Of a stretch of 64,000 nt of DNA, positions 63,068-64,000 are shown in pieces. The notes under the pieces were generated by a model. That model was given only the letters and a program-made list of their open reading frames with translations. It was not told the DNA's origin and made no database searches. Source of the stretch: an uncultured Methanosarcinales archaeon (GTDB lineage Archaea > Nanobdellota > Nanobdellia > Woesearchaeales > BS150m-G63); assembly GCA_964630685.1 (NCBI GenBank), contig CAZVVW010000005.1, positions 1-64,000 of the forward strand, in the 5' to 3' direction. Position numbers and translations under genes: made by a program. Within the stretch, counting starts at the first letter, position 1. Each line of letters starts with the position of its first letter.

Positions 63068-63123
63068 GTGGAGTGTTGAGTGGAGTGTTGAGTGGAGTGT
63101 TGAGTGGAGTGTTGAGTGAAGTG
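63054..63123. repeat. 12-bp tandem repeat GAGTGGAGTGTT (about 6 copies)
   Basis: Four exact copies 63066-63113 with GAGTGAAGTG variants on each side; spans the METTL5 stop. Confidence 0.9.
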
Positions 63124-63173
63124 GCCTAATTAGTAAGTTTTATAAATAAAGGATTGTTTTTTGCTAAAGTAAA

Positions 63174-63449
63174 ATGGAAGTTAAAATTATTGAGGAGAAA
63201 AAGAATAGGATTGTATTGGAGATAGAAGGTGTTGGTCATGGTTTCTGCAATGCATTAGTCAAAGAATTATACAATGATAAAGATACTAAATCTGCTGGAT
63301 ATCATATTGATCATCCATTGGTTGGAGTTCCTAAATTTATTGTCGAGAGTAAAAGCGATGCTAGAAAAGCAGTGATGAATGCTATCAAAAGATTAAAAAA
63401 AGTTACTGATTCTTTTAAAAAAGAAGTTGTTAAGTCTATAAAAAAATGA
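63174..63449 (+). CDS. rpoL: DNA-directed RNA polymerase subunit L (Rpo11)
   Basis: GVGHGFCNAL, AGYHIDHPL. Confidence 0.9.
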   Translation: MEVKIIEEKKNRIVLEIEGVGHGFCNALVKELYNDKDTKSAGYHIDHPLVGVPKFIVESKSDARKAVMNAIKRLKKVTDSFKKEVVKSIKK

Positions 63450-64000
63450 TTGATTCTGCCAAGGAATTGGTGAATTTAGTTAAAGGAGTTATAGGGGCGC
63501 GTTTTTCTGGAAAAGATTTTAATGTTAATAATGAATTGAAAGAGAAGTTTTCTGATAAGTTAGGGGTGTTTGTTACACTCAATGAAATGACTGGTGAAGA
63601 AGAAAATCTTCGTGGGTGTATTGGATTTATTGAACCTGTTTTTCCCCTGTGGGAAGGTGTTGTTAAAGGCGCTGAAGCTGCTGCTTTCGAGGATCCAAGA
63701 TTTGTGCCGTTAGATAAAAGGGAATGGAAGGATATTAAAATTGAGATTTCTGTTTTGACTAAACCTGAATTAATTGAGGTTGATGAATCTGTTGGAGCCA
63801 GTGATTATCTGAATAAGATTAAAGTTGGCGAAGATGGGTTGATTGTTGAGTGCGGAATGTATAAAGGATTATTGTTGCCTAGGGTTGCTGAAGAATATGG
63901 TTGGGATAGTGAAGAATTCTTAAAACAGACATGCCATAAAGCAGGGCTTGAGTTTGATGCTTGGAGAAATGATGATGTGAAAGTGTATAAGTTCCAGGCA
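63446..64000 (+). CDS. AMMECR1-domain protein (3'-truncated by window edge)
   Basis: GVFVTL..LRGCIG, AAFEDPRF, EISVLT, GLLLP. Confidence 0.9.
   Translation, partial: MIDSAKELVNLVKGVIGARFSGKDFNVNNELKEKFSDKLGVFVTLNEMTGEEENLRGCIGFIEPVFPLWEGVVKGAEAAAFEDPRFVPLDKREWKDIKIEISVLTKPELIEVDESVGASDYLNKIKVGEDGLIVECGMYKGLLLPRVAEEYGWDSEEFLKQTCHKAGLEFDAWRNDDVKVYKFQA

Overview
AT-rich archaeal chromosomal window. Gene content and organisation point to a DPANN lineage, most likely Woesearchaeota-like (inference). Informational genes include S19e, S17e, S6e, Alba, a histone, thermosome, GluRS, a Pop5-psmA-SBDS-rrp4-rrp41-rrp42-rpoK cluster, Cbf5, aIF2-gamma, rpoL and three tRNAs. Bacterial-type accessory metabolism includes grpE-dnaK-dnaJ, PerR-rubrerythrin-superoxide reductase, a D-hydroxyacid dehydrogenase, type I GAPDH/PGK/PpsA and a trimeric [FeFe]-hydrogenase. 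Most notable: (1) a candidate chromosome-maintenance locus at 59.2-62.4 kb, with a perfect 11-6-11 dif-like palindrome inside the xerA promoter, palindromic boxes flanking xerA, two coiled-coil/winged-helix orphan genes and an 11-bp-phased TGGGAAT array; (2) a dispersed family of short AAGAC/GTCTT hairpins at gene boundaries, several with duplicated start or stop regions, plus in-frame hairpin inserts in conserved genes; (3) a minimal, probably non-bifurcating NADH-linked [FeFe]-hydrogenase facing lower-glycolysis genes; (4) truncated or split core genes (S19e at a compositional junction, Hel308, Dph2) and an in-frame TGA in PRPP synthetase. All product calls come from motif recognition by eye; no database searches were run.
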